58,202 nucleotides of DNA from Emiliania huxleyi CCMP1516 (Eukaryota): positions 252,521-310,722 of the forward strand of contig NW_005201392.1 in NCBI RefSeq assembly GCF_000372725.1, in the 5' to 3' direction. The translations under genes and the position numbers were made by a program. Positions 36,107 through 48,439 of this stretch are shown piece by piece. The notes beneath the pieces were generated by a model. The model made no database searches. It was not told the DNA's origin and was given only the letters and a program-made list of their open reading frames with translations. Numbering within the stretch: the stretch's first letter is position 1; each line of letters opens with the position of its first letter.

Positions 36107-36498
36107 GTCCCCCCCCCCCCCTTTCCCCCCCCCCCCCCCGCGCGACTGAACTTCGCGCGCTCCTCCTATGAGCTAAAAGCTGTCCCGCCCCACCGCGACT
36201 GAACTTCGCACGCTCCTCCTCTGACTGAGCTGAAACATAAAAGCGACCCAGATCGTGCATGGCTGGGACACATGTTCCTAAAATCCCATCTCTCGTCGCT
36301 CACACGCCGTCGTCTCAACGTCTCAGAGCACTTTCGACTTTGGAGCACTTGGAGTTTGACCGTTTTATTCATTTTATCTCTTTGAACTATTCATTGTTAT
36401 TGCGGGGGCGGGGACCTGTTCCTTTATAATTCGCGGTTTCTCTTTTTTTGAAGATTGCGCGGGGCCGCAGTTCCGTCAGCTCCGTGTCAACTCGGTCA

Positions 36499-37070
36499 AT
36501 GCGACGAAAGCTGCTCCTGGTGGGCCTGGACTGGGTGAGGCGCAAAGACCCACCGGTAAGCCTCGCCACCGCAAGTATTGCTGCGGCATGCGCAAGCGGC
36601 TCACACATTCGCGGATCCTTACGCTCAACGTCAACAACGCAAAACCGTTCGTTGGCGATGAGCTGACGGAACTGCTGCACGATGCGATTGCCGGCGAAGG
36701 CGAGGGGTCAAGTTCGTGGCTCGTTGGCCTGGGCGGCTACGTGTGGGCCGAGCACCTCCTCGGTGACACCATGAAAAACATCAAGCTCTGGGAAGAGAGA
36801 CACGCATCGTGCTCGGCGGACCTCAAGTCACCTACGCCCCGGGTGGGACTTTCCTTCCGGAACACTACCCGCTCGCGGACCACTTCATCAGAGGCGACGG
36901 AGAGGAGGCAGTGCGTAGGCTGCTACTGGGCGGCAACGCATCGCCAATCGGCGTGCCAGACTTGCACTCCCTTCCCTCGCCATTCCTCACCGGCTGGCTG
37001 CCTCCTCAGCGTTTCCTCCGGTGGGAAACGCAGCGCGGCTGTCCCTTTTCGTGCAGCGTTTCCCACCGGA
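36499..37070 (+). pseudogene. B12-binding-domain radical SAM protein, frameshifted and truncated
   Basis: LLLVGLDWVRRKDPPVSLA, GGYVWAE, IVLGGPQVTY, YPLADHFIRGDGE, DLHSLPSPFLTG and FLRWETQRGCPFSCS lie in different frames (shifts near 36610 and 36805). The third Cys of CxxxCxxC is lost. Confidence 0.8.
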
Positions 37071-37402
37071 GTGGATGCATCCGGCCTCGAAGACATATTT
37101 AATTCCACATGCACGTCCCCCTGCGCCGTCCACTCTCAGAATCCACACTCACATCTTGAGCTCGCGAACCCATACCCTTCCCGCCCGCTCACCGCATCTC
37201 GTCTCACTATCTGGTATCTCTCCCTCGTCAGCTTGTTGCCACGTGTTGCCCCAGAACGAGAGGGTAGCAGGGTTGGTCAGCACCCTGCTGAAAAATAGAA
37301 ACGCGCAAACACCTTTCCTCCAAAAGCGCTACAAAGACATACATGACTGTCCGATTTGGATTTCATGCACCTCCCTGCGCCAACTCCGACCCCAGAGCCC
37401 AC

Positions 37403-39130
37403 TCACATCAAGAGCTCGAACCCTTCCCGCCCGCTAACCGCATCTCGAATCGCTCCCTTGCCCTGGTCGCCCAAACCGTTCATGCGAATGTTGAGGCGTT
37501 TCAACACCCCGTTGCCGCGCAACGCCTCGGCGATCGCGGCGGCGCCCTCATCGCCGATTTTGTTATAGCCGATGTGGAGGGTTTTCAGCACCGCATTGTC
37601 CGCAATCAGCGACGCGATCACGATGGCCGAGGTGGGTCCGAGGCCCATGCCAAAGAGGTCGAGGGATGCGACCGGGTCGGTGCCGCGCAGCTTTGGCAGG
37701 TCGAGCCACGAGTTGTCGAGCCACGAGCACCGTCGCAACCCGCTCGACGTAGTCTTCGTACAGCTTGGGCACCTTCTCCTTGTCGCTCTTGCCGGTGAAG
37801 GTGGCCTTCTCGATGCTCTCGACCACCTGCTGCACTCGCTGCCAGACATCACTGTGCGACAGCTCCACCGGCTCGGGTGCCCTGCCGCTGGCCAGCGAGA
37901 CCAGCTTTGGCGGCAACTTGTCGAGTTCCGCCTTCATCCGCGGGTAGACGCTCAGCCGCACGAGTAGCTCGCCGCTCACCCCGCCCTCGAAGCAGCACCT
38001 GTCGCGCGAGGGCACCGCACGCCTTTGCTCGTGCGTGGTGTGCAAAGCGCTCGGGGCGGGTCGCACCAGCCGCGGCCCTCGTCGCCGTCACGCCCGCCCT
38101 CGCCATCGCCGCGGCCATCATACGAGCGCTCGTTGTACCGCGTGTCGACGCCTCCGCACAGCTCCGAGAAGGTGTTCGCCGCCTTGGCTCGCAGCGCCGC
38201 CGCGTGTGTGGTGAAGCGCACGACGCCGTACGTCGACTCAAATGCCAGGTCGCAGCTTTCGAACTCGGTTGACAGGTCGCCGCTGAGGGCTTGGCGGACC
38301 GCCGCCTCGTCCACCCAATCCTTGAGGCCAAAAAGGCAAAGCTCGCCGTCAAACTCCTGCGGGCGAGGTGGGATCTCCTTGATCTGCAGCACCGTCGTGC
38401 CAACCGCAGAGGCGTAGACGTCGCCCATGACGCCGAGCGCGCGCTTGAAGGCTTCGTTCTCGGCCTTGGTGCGCGTCCCCTTCGGTGGGTGCTGCATAAC
38501 AAAGGGACCTGTCAGCTCGCCACAGAAGGCGTGCGGTGTGAGCGGGTGGGTCCGCTGGCCTGGAAGAGCGAAGCGTAGTCCACGAAGATGGCCTCAATGT
38601 GCGTGAGGACTAAGAGCGCCTCGCGGAGAATCTTCAGCTTGACGCCCGCCGGGTCAGGATCGCCAGGTGAATACCAGGGACTGCGGTGCGCACGCAATTC
38701 GGTTGGTGCGTGCAGTCGGTGGGGGGAATGCGGGGAATGGCCCTGAGGGCACAGGTGGCGCGCACTGTGTCAGGGCACCAATGCTGCGATCGCCGCGCTC
38801 GAGGAGCGCAGCCGCCTCTTCTGGACTGAGCAGCGGCAGCGGCATTTCGCCTCGACGCTCGCGCTCCTCAAGCACCTGCCTGTACGGCAAGTGCTGGTCG
38901 GGAGCCTCGAGAACCCATGCACGGCGGAGCAGGCGGATGTCGCCGCGTCTGAACGTCGCCGTCAAGCCCTCGTCGAGCTGCCGGCACTTGTCGACGGTGC
39001 TCCCGCGGAACAGCGACAGCTGGCGGTCTGCTGTAGGGCCGCTGCATGTGCTGGCGGCTGCGCCGTCCGTGCGAGCGCCGTATGTGCGCGCCCGCTTGGT
39101 AGCCGGCTCCTCACAGCTGCTGGTGACCAT
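37403..39130 (-). pseudogene. HET-domain-like plus RI-type LRR protein; frame break near 37700-37730
   Basis: GDIRLLR, LPYRQ, SPWYSPGDPDPAG, IFVDYASLFQ, RALGVMGDVYAS and RGW|CCFE form a HET-like pattern. The LRRs (NKIGDEGAAAIAEALRGNGVL) are in another frame after a CTCGTGGCTCGAC duplication. Confidence 0.7.
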
Positions 39131-39436
39131 CTTCTGACGAGAGCGGCTCACCGTGCGGGTAGAGCAACAAACAACGACAGCAGTCCAGCGGTGTGGCGGC
39201 AAGGGGGTGCTCGCTGTTGTCGCGCGCTTCAAGTTCCTTTCGGTTACAAAGGTTAGTTAGGGATTTGCGAGCACCTAATTCGTATAACTGCATTGCGAGC
39301 ACCACGAGGACGCCTCAGGCGCTCGCTCGCCTTTCAACGGAGGGCCGCGTGCAACTGGGGGGTCGGGGGTAACCCCCGACTGCCTTCGACGGCAACGCGC
39401 CGCGCCGCTGCCCGACAGCCATTTGTGCACGCGCGT

Positions 39437-42266
39437 ATGGCAGACGCTCCCTTCCTGTCTCCTCACCCGCGCGCCCTCGCACCGTCCGACATTGTGCTTG
39501 GCGCCATTTGGATCGCTCCCGGCGGAGGCGAACAGGGCGACGGCGCTCGCGGCGATCCAGGCCAAGACAACGCAACTGCCACCGTCTCCGCCGCAATCGC
39601 GCATGGCGTCCGCGAGTTCGACACGGCGCCCTGGTACGGCGCCGGAGCGTCCGAGGAGCGGCTGGGCGGCGCGATCGCCGCGCTTTCCGAGGAGCAGCGC
39701 CAGCCTCTCCAAGTCGGCACAAAGGCTGGCAGGCTGCGCGCCACGAGGCATGACTTTAATACATCATTGGTCCAGGACTCGGCGGTTGCATATCACCCTG
39801 TAGGCTTTACACCGAGGCGGACGGCCGCGAGGCGCCCGGCTGGAACACACGTGGTTGTGAACACAGCGGTTGTAGCTTATTCGTGCGGCTCTCGATGTTT
39901 TAATGTGCACGTTCTTCCTTTGAACCTTCCCGGAAACCGCCTCCAGGCGACCGGTCCGTTTGGCGGCGACCTTCATGCGCTGCGGACTCGCGTCTGCACA
40001 AACGACTACTCGGCGGCCGGCGCGCGCCGCTCCCTCGCCGCCTCGCTCGCCCGCCTTGGTGCGCTGATCTCGGCTGATCTCGGCTGATCTCGGCTGATCT
40101 CGGCTGATCTCGGCTGATCTGGATGCGGATGCTCGGCCCAACGAACGTTGTGATTGATCACAATTCACCAGCCGTGCCGCGCGTGCACATCAACACTGTT
40201 CGTCAGCAACGATTGTTGGTTCACCAGGCGTGCCCCGCGTGCACACGCTGCGGATCCACGACCCAAACGACAACTCCAACAACCGGCGCGGCGACCCGCA
40301 CTTTGCGGACGAGGTGGCGGAGGCGTTGGGCGAGGGCGGCATGGCGGAGGGGCTCCCCACGTGGTGGACCAAGAGTGCTGACTGCTGAGGGGTGGCGACC
40401 AGGCGAGGGCGGCATGGTTGACGGGCTTCGAGCGATGCGGGACGAGGGCGCAGACTCGCACACGCCGACACTCTCGAGTGGCGTGGGCTGTCCTCGGACT
40501 GAGCGTTGATGCCTCAGGCGCAATCTCGCAGGTCGGGCTCGGCATGAACTGCAACCGCATGCCGCACCAGGGCGTGCCCGAGGAGATCGAGCGCTTGGTG
40601 TGTGTGTGTGTGGGGGGGGGGGCGCAGCGCCCGGGAGCGCCGACTCGGGCCGAGTTGCAATCACGAATGGCGTGTGTTGTTCACTAGGTGGAGGGGCCAT
40701 GCAAGGGATGTTGACTCGGGGCCAGCCAACAAGAATCAGCCAGCTGCTGGGTTTCGCTTAGGTGAAGGGGGCGCCGCAAGGCACATTCGACTCGGCGCTG
40801 CCTCGCGGCCGGCAGGAGGCACCTGCTCGGAACCTACCCCGAACTATCCCGGAACCTTCCCCAGGCGCTGCTTGCGGGCGGGTGGAACCTCCTCTCGCAG
40901 GTATCGCCGAGACACAGCCGAGGGACAATCGCACAGCCGAGAGGCAGCCGAGTTGTGCATCTACACATCCTCTCGCAGGACGGGCTGGCGACGCTGCAGC
41001 TCTGCGCGCGGTGCGGGGTCGCGGTGCATGTCGCCGGCGTCTTCGCGTCAGGCCTGCTGCTCGGCGGAGACATGAGGCACCGAGTGTGCGGAATGGCGCA
41101 AGTGACTGCACTGCTTGAGACTCCCCAGGCTTGCTCGTCGGCGGAGGCACCTGCTCAGAACCTTCCGCGAACCTTCTCGCAACCTTCCCCAGGCTTGCTC
41201 GTCGGCGGAGACACCTTCGCGTACAAAGCCGCGCCGCCGGAGGTCGTCGATAGGAACCTCGGCTGCATCTCGGCTGTATCTCGGCTGTATCTCGGCTGAT
41301 CTCGGCTGATCTCAGCTGATCTCGGCTGATCTCGGCTGATCTCGTCTCGGGTGATCTCTCAGGTTGTCGATCGTGCGAGGCGGTGGGGCGAGCTAGCGGC
41401 GGCGCACGGGCATGACCTGCCCGCCGTCGCCGTCGCGTTTGCCGCGCTGCCTGCGGTGGTGACGAGGGTTGTGGTTGGGATGGCGAGCTACAGCCGAGAT
41501 GTGTGCGAGATGCGGCCGGGAGATGCGGCCGGGAGATGTGGTCGGGAGATGTGTGCGAGACGAGCCCGGAGCGGGTGGTGGAGCAGTACAGTCCTCTCGG
41601 GTCCTCTCGGGTCCTCTCGGGTCCTCTCGGGCACTCTCAATAGTCTTGGGCACTCTAGATCCGGTGGCGGAGCAGACGCTGGCTTGGACTCGTTGCCAAT
41701 GAGAGGGCCGTCTGGTTGATTAGGCGAGTCCGGGGCAGGTGGAGCAGACGCTGGCTTGGGTCGAGCAGAGCAGACGGGTGGGGGGGGAGGTGCGGGCGCC
41801 TCATCTCGGGTCATCTCGGGTCCTCTCGGGTCATCTCGGGGGCCATTTCGGGTCCTCTCTGGTCACCTCGGGTCCTTTCGGGGGTCACTTCTGGTCACTT
41901 CTGGTCACTTCTGGTCACCTCTGCTCACTCTCGGGCCCTCCCTCTCGGCTGCGAGCAGGTGTGGCGCGCCGCAAAGCAGGCGGGGCTACTCGACGCCGGC
42001 CACGACAGCGCACAACGAGCACCTTAGCTCAGGGAGCCCCGTCGCCTCCTCAGGCGGGGCTACTCGACGCGAGCCTCCCGACGCCGCCGCCGCCGCCAGA
42101 GCCGGCCGGCGCCTCCCCTCGGGCTGCCGCCCCCCCCCTCCCCGCACCCGCCTCTCTTCCAACCTCCCCGCCGGCCGCGCGGCTCGGGGTGGACGGCGTG
42201 GTGCAGCGGCTGGAGGAGCTTCGGGCTGTGAGCGGGGAAGGCTGTGGACCAGACAGTTGTGAATAG
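39437..42266 (+). CDS. Aldo-keto reductase (D-threo-aldose / L-fucose dehydrogenase-like), many short exons; 3' end approximate
   Basis: FDTAPWYGAGASEERLG, VGTKAGRL, DYSAAGARRSLAASLARLG, LRIHDP, LLAGGWNLL and AGVFASGLL. Confidence 0.88.
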
Positions 42267-43399
42267 GTGGCGCGGCTGGAGGAGCTTCGGGGCTGGTGCT
42301 CGGCCGGGACGTGGCGAGCCACCAATCCCCCCCCCCCCCCCCTCCTCGTGCCGGTCGCTCAACAAACTCATGGTAGAGGGGCCTTCCTTGATTGATTAGG
42401 CGAGCCGCCCTCGCGCTGGTCGCTGGCGAAGCACCGGCTTGGGAGCTTCTCTCTCTTTAGCGGGTTGAGTCGAGTACTTGTAAACGAGTCGTTTGTTGTC
42501 CGTTAGGCGGAGGAGTTGCCTCTCGGGCAAGCCGCGGGGATGGAGGAGCGCCGCGAGCGAGCCGAAGGCCAGTTTGTTCACGAGTTGGTCCCATCGGTTC
42601 ATGAGCGAGTTAGGAGCGATGCGAGCGAGCCGAGGCGGCGCTGCGGGAGGCACGAGTGGCGCAGCACGTTGCGGCGCACGACGCGGTGGGCGCGGCCTCT
42701 CACTGCCGCCGCAGTGTGAAGGAGCTGGTGAGCCTCCACCGGGCGCTCGACGCGTCGCTGGCGGCCATGGAGGGGAATGCCGCTGACGGGAGGTGATCCG
42801 GTGACCCCCACGGCCCGGCAGCCGGTGCAGAAGGCGGGCGCGAGGCAGCTGAGCGCGAGGAGCGCCGCGCGGCGAAGCGGCAGCAGTGGACGGAGCAGGG
42901 CGTGGCGGCGGTTCGAGGCAGCGCAGGAGAGGCGCGTGTGGCGACGAATGAGCCGCGAGCGTGCGCCGCGGTTCGAGCGCGGCAGCGGGAGAAGGTCTGC
43001 TCTCTGATGGGTGATGGATCGTAAAGGCATGCACCCCCCCCCCCAATCCCCCAAAAGGTAAAGGCCGTGTGAAGTTTGCCGTTTGACCACACTAAGCATT
43101 GCCCCGGTACGAGACAGCCAGACACAGTGAACCAAAACACGCATCGGTTTCGCTGATCTTAAGAGTACAGAGATAACCGCGCGCTCTCATGCGCCGCGCC
43201 CCACTCTCACTAGCACCCATATCAGAAGCATATCGCTTCAGGTTCAACAGCTCAATCCTCTCAAAAAGAGCGCTGATTGGCGTAAAAACCCTAAAGGCTA
43301 GTTCCAGTTCACTCTGACACGCTAATCTTGAAAACACGCGTCCAACGGCCCGGAGCTCCGTGTTGCTCCCAGCGCCCTCCCCCGCGCTTCCTGCGGCCA

Positions 43400-43746
43400 T
43401 GGCCGATGATGCGCTCCGAGGGCGGCTCGAGGGCCTCGCGAAGAGCGCCACGTGCGCGCAGGCTCGCAGCGGCGCGGCAGTCATCCTCCGCGGCGAGGAG
43501 GTTCTGGCAGCTGCGACGGACGGTGGAAAGGTCCACATCTTGGCGCGCCAGGATGGAGAGGAAGCCCAACCGGCCTGGAGGCTGCAGCGCCTCGTAGGCC
43601 GACATGAGCGACTTTCCGAGCCGCGCGGGCAGCACGTCGTCGCCGGGAGGCGTCTGCGCAATCTCGCGCAGCAGTCCTCGCAGACGCTGCTCGTCGGCGC
43701 GGGGCAGCGGAGGGCACGCCCGCAGCAGGGCGCGGAGGCGGAACAT
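43400..43746 (-). pseudogene. N-terminal fragment resembling malonyl-CoA decarboxylase, 3'-truncated
   Basis: MFRLRALL presequence-like start and AYEAL...RLGFLSILARQDVD...LREALEPP. No catalytic domain follows. Confidence 0.55.
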
Positions 43747-45316
43747 GTATGATAAGTGCCGCCGACCGAGCAAATGAGAAAAAAACTTGACAACGAAGGC
43801 GCTCTGAAAAAAAAACTTATCGCGGAATTTCCTACAAGCAAACTCTCTCGCACGACACGACACACTAGGTGAGTGAGTGTGTCACGGACGCCGTCGGCAG
43901 GTGCATGCCTGCCGACTCTGCTCGCCCACCTGGTGGCGGCGGCGCCGCCGCCGCTGACGACGGTACTGCGACCGGCGGTAACAGCGGCGCCGCCAGCGTC
44001 GTCAACGGCGTCGGCGCAGCCGGCCGGCAGCGACTGCCGACGTTGGGCTCAACGAGGCTTTCCGGAAAACAAAAAGGAAAAGAGAGGGTCCCCAGCACTT
44101 GGGGGAGTTTTTTAGCAATACCAAACAACTCTAACACTCACACGTCATTTGGGGGATGCAGCGTTTTGTTTTGTCAGCACTTTTCGTTTCCGGAAATTTC
44201 CAGGGAAAACGGGAGGCGGCGGCGGCGCGGGAGAAGAGGGCGAAGGTGGCGAAGGTGACAACTCGCAGACGGCGAACGCGATGGAGGTGGTGCGGGCGCA
44301 GCAGGCCGCGAAGGACGAGCCTTCCGACATTTTTTTCTCAAATTCTTTCAGCTTTGCGACGGCGTGTTTGTGGCACTCCCTTTCAAAAGATGGGGAGCGA
44401 GAACCGTCAGAGGTGCTCACGGAGGTTTCGGAAGTCCGCCATGATGCGGTCAGTTCCCCCCAGGTTTGACTGCGTAGGTCGCGGAACTCGTTGAGTACTC
44501 GCAGCCCGTTTCTGCGCCTCCGTCTGGGCATATCGGCTGCTCGGCAAGAGCAGTCTTTCCGGAAGATATCGACGGTTTTCGAGAGCCACCCGCTTGGGAG
44601 CGATTGAGCGCGTCACGGAGGACTTCAGGTTACCCTTGAAGCTCCTCTGACGGTTCTCGCTCCCCATCGAGCTCTTCTTGCCGTACGGCTCGGTTCCTGT
44701 TGCTGGCACAGAGCTCCCGTGCCAGCCGTCCAACGTGATAGGAACGGGTGTATCGCTTCGACGGATCGACCGTGCTTATTATCAAGACTGATATGACGTA
44801 CACAGTGACACATCAGACGACACATATTCTCCCACCCGCCGGGTCGCAAAACGCTCTCGACGAGAGCCACAAGAAGCCGTCCGCACAGGAAGCCGCTCGT
44901 CGGACAGGCGTGCTCGCTTGATGTCGGCGAGCGCATTGCGCACGCTTTGAACGGTGGCGAAGCCAAAAACACCGATGGTGGCCGTCCGCCGGCGTATGCG
45001 GCGGCGATCGGTCCCTAACCTGTCGCCCGCGGTCCCTAACCCAAAAGTGGTCCTTCGCGCTTTGGTCCCTAACCAAAAAAGCACGATTCTGAAGTTGGGC
45101 CCTCAGTCCCTCTCCGATTCTCGCTGCGACCTTCATGCCACCTCGCGGTCTTCCCACTCTCGTCGTTCTCTCTCTTGTCGCTTCTTCCTCTGTCGCGTCG
45201 CTCTCCTCTGCCTCGTTCTGCGACGGCGCCGCCGCCTGCCGCTCCGGCGCTAAAATTCTTTCCGCTTGGGACGCACCGACGACCGCAAGTACTTCGCAAG
45301 GATCAACGTCGTGGTC

Positions 45317-46159
45317 ATGGAGTTCATAGACGCTGCGGCCGAGGAGAGCGGAGAGGAGGGGGAGGGGGAGGAGGACTGGGGTGACGACGCTGACATTGTT
45401 TCCGACGACGACGATCAATTTCTGGACGACTACTGCCACGGCAGCATGGTCAACTATGCCAGGCTGCACAACGCCTTTGCTGCAGACCAAGCGGGCACTG
45501 AACGTCTGGCCGAGCGGCTGATTCGGGAGGAGCCACCGCGGCATGAGGCACGCCCCCGCTGGCGCGACGCGCGCATGTCGCAGGCGCCGGTGCCTGTGGC
45601 CCGGCCTCACCGGCCCCGGCCTCACCAGCCCCGGCCTCACAAGCCGCTCTCAGAGAAGCTGTGCTCCCTGTTTGGTTCGCCGCTCGATGACCTTAAGACG
45701 GCGGCGCCCAAGGCGCGCGCCGACCCTCGAGAGCGGCCAGCAAGGCCGGCACCGCAGCCGCGTCCCCGAGCTGCAGCGGCAGTGGCAGAGGTGGCGATGG
45801 CGGCACGCGCCGCGGCCAGGCAACGCGGCTCTGGCCGGCAGCTTCTTGGCCCCGCGGCGGCGGCGCCTTTAGCCTCTCCGCCAGCGGCCCGCTCTGCGGT
45901 GGGACAGCCTGCTGGCTCATGCCGACACGGGTTCACGCCTTCGTCGCCTGCGCCCCTGGCAAAGCTAGCCCCAAAGCCGGCCGCCGCCGCGTCATTGGCC
46001 GCACCTTCGGCCTATCGGATAAAGAAGAAGGCGGGCGCATTGCCGAGGCCCTCTTCGAAGCCAGTCGAGGCACCCAAACGGAAGCCACCGGGCACGCCGA
46101 GGAGACAACCGGACCCGAAGCGGGTCGCTCGCAAGCTTCCGGTGCCATTCTTTGCATGA
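45317..46159 (+). CDS. Hypothetical acidic then Pro/Ala/Lys-rich protein
   Basis: Open frame of about 280 aa with no recognisable domain. Confidence 0.3.
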   Translation: MEFIDAAAEESGEEGEGEEDWGDDADIVSDDDDQFLDDYCHGSMVNYARLHNAFAADQAGTERLAERLIREEPPRHEARPRWRDARMSQAPVPVARPHRPRPHQPRPHKPLSEKLCSLFGSPLDDLKTAAPKARADPRERPARPAPQPRPRAAAAVAEVAMAARAAARQRGSGRQLLGPAAAAPLASPPAARSAVGQPAGSCRHGFTPSSPAPLAKLAPKPAAAASLAAPSAYRIKKKAGALPRPSSKPVEAPKRKPPGTPRRQPDPKRVARKLPVPFFA

Positions 46160-46728
46160 GTCGCAAGCGGGATTAGTCGAGTCTTGAGTGAAAACAAGCT
46201 GCCGAAATTTCTTTTGAGCTAGCCTTCGATGTTAGACAATCTCGTGCGATCTTGCTAAAAAAACTCTGACATTTTACGAAGTCCTTGGCGACGTGCGCGT
46301 CGCGTCGCCCCAAGGCTCTGCGACCTCGGTCGTACAATCAGCGACCTCGCGGTCATACAATCGGCCGGCTGCGCGGGTTTTCGGCGAGTTTCCCGCGCAC
46401 CGGCCACGAGAAAAAAAACCTGAATCGTTCTGCCAGCTGCCTCTCTGCTGACTGCACACGCTCTCTGCCATCTCCGGCGCGTGGTGTCTGACTCTCATCT
46501 CTCAACATGACACATGAGCAGTGCGCAGCAGTGCGAGCAGCCTCCACAGCATGGCTGCCCACGCAGTGAAACAACCCCCCAACAAACAACAATGCAAGGA
46601 CTCCGGCTATTTGCTCATAGAGCTCAACTCTCCGCTTCGGGCTTCGCGAGGCGTTCGACATCGCGCTCGCCAGCACACGTGCGAGGGCAGCCTGTGGCGC
46701 CGCTCGGCCCGCCCTGCGAGGCGTTGGG

Positions 46729-48216
46729 CTAGCCCTTTAGCGCGACGCCCACCGCGTAGAAGGCGGCCGTCGCAACCGCCATGATGACGCTGTTGACGAA
46801 GATGCCGCGGTTGTCCTTCGGGACGGCGACGTCGCGCAGCACGACGGTGATCTTGAAGACGCGGTACGAGAGCACGAAGTAGACGGCCGAGACGACGGCC
46901 ATGTTGAGCCAAAAGGAGGGCAGCCAGACCATGAGGAACTTGGGCGAGCCGTTGATGCCGGTCGACTTCATCCAGATGTGGAACTGCAGGATGTACGTCT
47001 CGAGCGTCACCTTGCCGCACCAGGTGAAGAGGTGCATGTACCGGGCGCGCAGGCCCGCGGTCGCGTTGCGCAGCACGAGGAAGACGGCGATCGGGATCCA
47101 CGACGTGTACGGGTGCACCTTGTTGTACTCGCGCTTCGGGCGGAGGAAGAGGAAGTAGGTGTGCACGTACCAGCCGCCGACGGCGAGGGCGCCGCCGATG
47201 ACCGCCGCCTTGGCGAGGGCCCGCTTGCCCGAAGGCAAGTCCTCGATCGCCTGCAGCTGGCGGTCGTACCACGGGAAGGAGTAGGCGCAGAGCATGCCGA
47301 AGATCCAGACGAAGTGGTCGAGGCCGGAGCGGAAGAACCACTCGTGAAGCGAGTCGGTGAACTCGGGGTGCCTACGCGGCAGGGGTAGCGCTGGCTCCGA
47401 GGCAGCTCCTGGACGGCGTGCGCCGGTGAGCTCTGGGTGCAGAGGGTCGTGGAAGCCGGCGGTGGGCTTGAAGACGGCGTGGAAGACGCCGGGCACGTCG
47501 TAGAGCAGGACCCTGCGCGGGCGGCGCCGAGAGGGGCGGGGGATGGGCCGAGGGGGGCGGGGGATGGGCCGAGCCCGAGGGGCAGGGGAGGAGTGATTGT
47601 GAGGGAAGCGGGTGGGAAGCGGGTGGGAAGCGGGAGGCGGAGGGCGCACGTCGCCCGCCGCTTCGCCGCAGCCGCCTTAAGGCACGCATAGCGGCAGCAC
47701 ATGGTACGGTGCGCGTACTTGAGCAGGCGTTGCGCGCCGCAAGTAGCGCACTGGCCCTGGGAGACGGCGATATGGCGTCGTGCGCTGTGCGGCATACGCT
47801 GGTCGGGACCGCGTCCAGGTATTTTTCGGGTAAACCTGGACTTTTGCAGGTATTACCCGGGTTTTACCCGGAGTTGGCCTTATGTCGTCTAAGTTCATGG
47901 CCCCCGACCATACAGCGTCTAAGTCTGAGCCCGGCTCCGTGCGGGGGCTAAGTTGAGCGCTCGCTCGCTGCAGAGGCTAAGTGTAGAGCGACCCTCTAGC
48001 CCTACTACCCAACCATTGGTGGGGCGGGCGAGCGCGCGGGTCGGGGCTGGTACGCACGAAGAAGTTGAGCCTCCACATCATCTGCATAAAGCGCGGCAGC
48101 GTGAAGTCCTTCCGGATGTAGTAATAGGAGAAGTTGTCGAAGCCGGTCATCCAGACGTAGGCGGCGGTGTAGAGGCGGATCGCGTTGTAGATCTCCCCCT
48201 CCGCGAAGTAGTGGTA
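46729..48216 (-). pseudogene. Cas1p/CASD1/RWA-family O-acetyltransferase, C-terminal part only, apparently disrupted
   Basis: [30 protein letters not shown]...WRLNFF, LHEWFFRSGLDH and GKVTLETYILQFHIW. The N-terminal part is missing and TE-like sequence lies at about 47790-48015. Confidence 0.85.
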
Positions 48217-48439
48217 AAAACAAACGCACAGGCTATCGTTCTCTCTCCTGCCGCTTCATCCCGTCGGACTCGTTGCTCTCCTCGGCCTCGCTCTGCAACA
48301 ACGCGACGCCGCCGCCTGCCGACCCCTTGCTCTCGCAGCTTCTCTCGCCCTCTCTCTCGGCGTAACTCCGCCTTTGCTTCCTGTTTCGCCTTTTCTGCGA
48401 AACGGCGGGCCGCCAGGCCTACCGGGACACAGGACCGAT

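Noticed and set aside
42396..43046. Possible non-LTR retrotransposon C-terminal fragment (RWDQLVNKLAF...)
   Set aside because: No diagnostic motif recognised.
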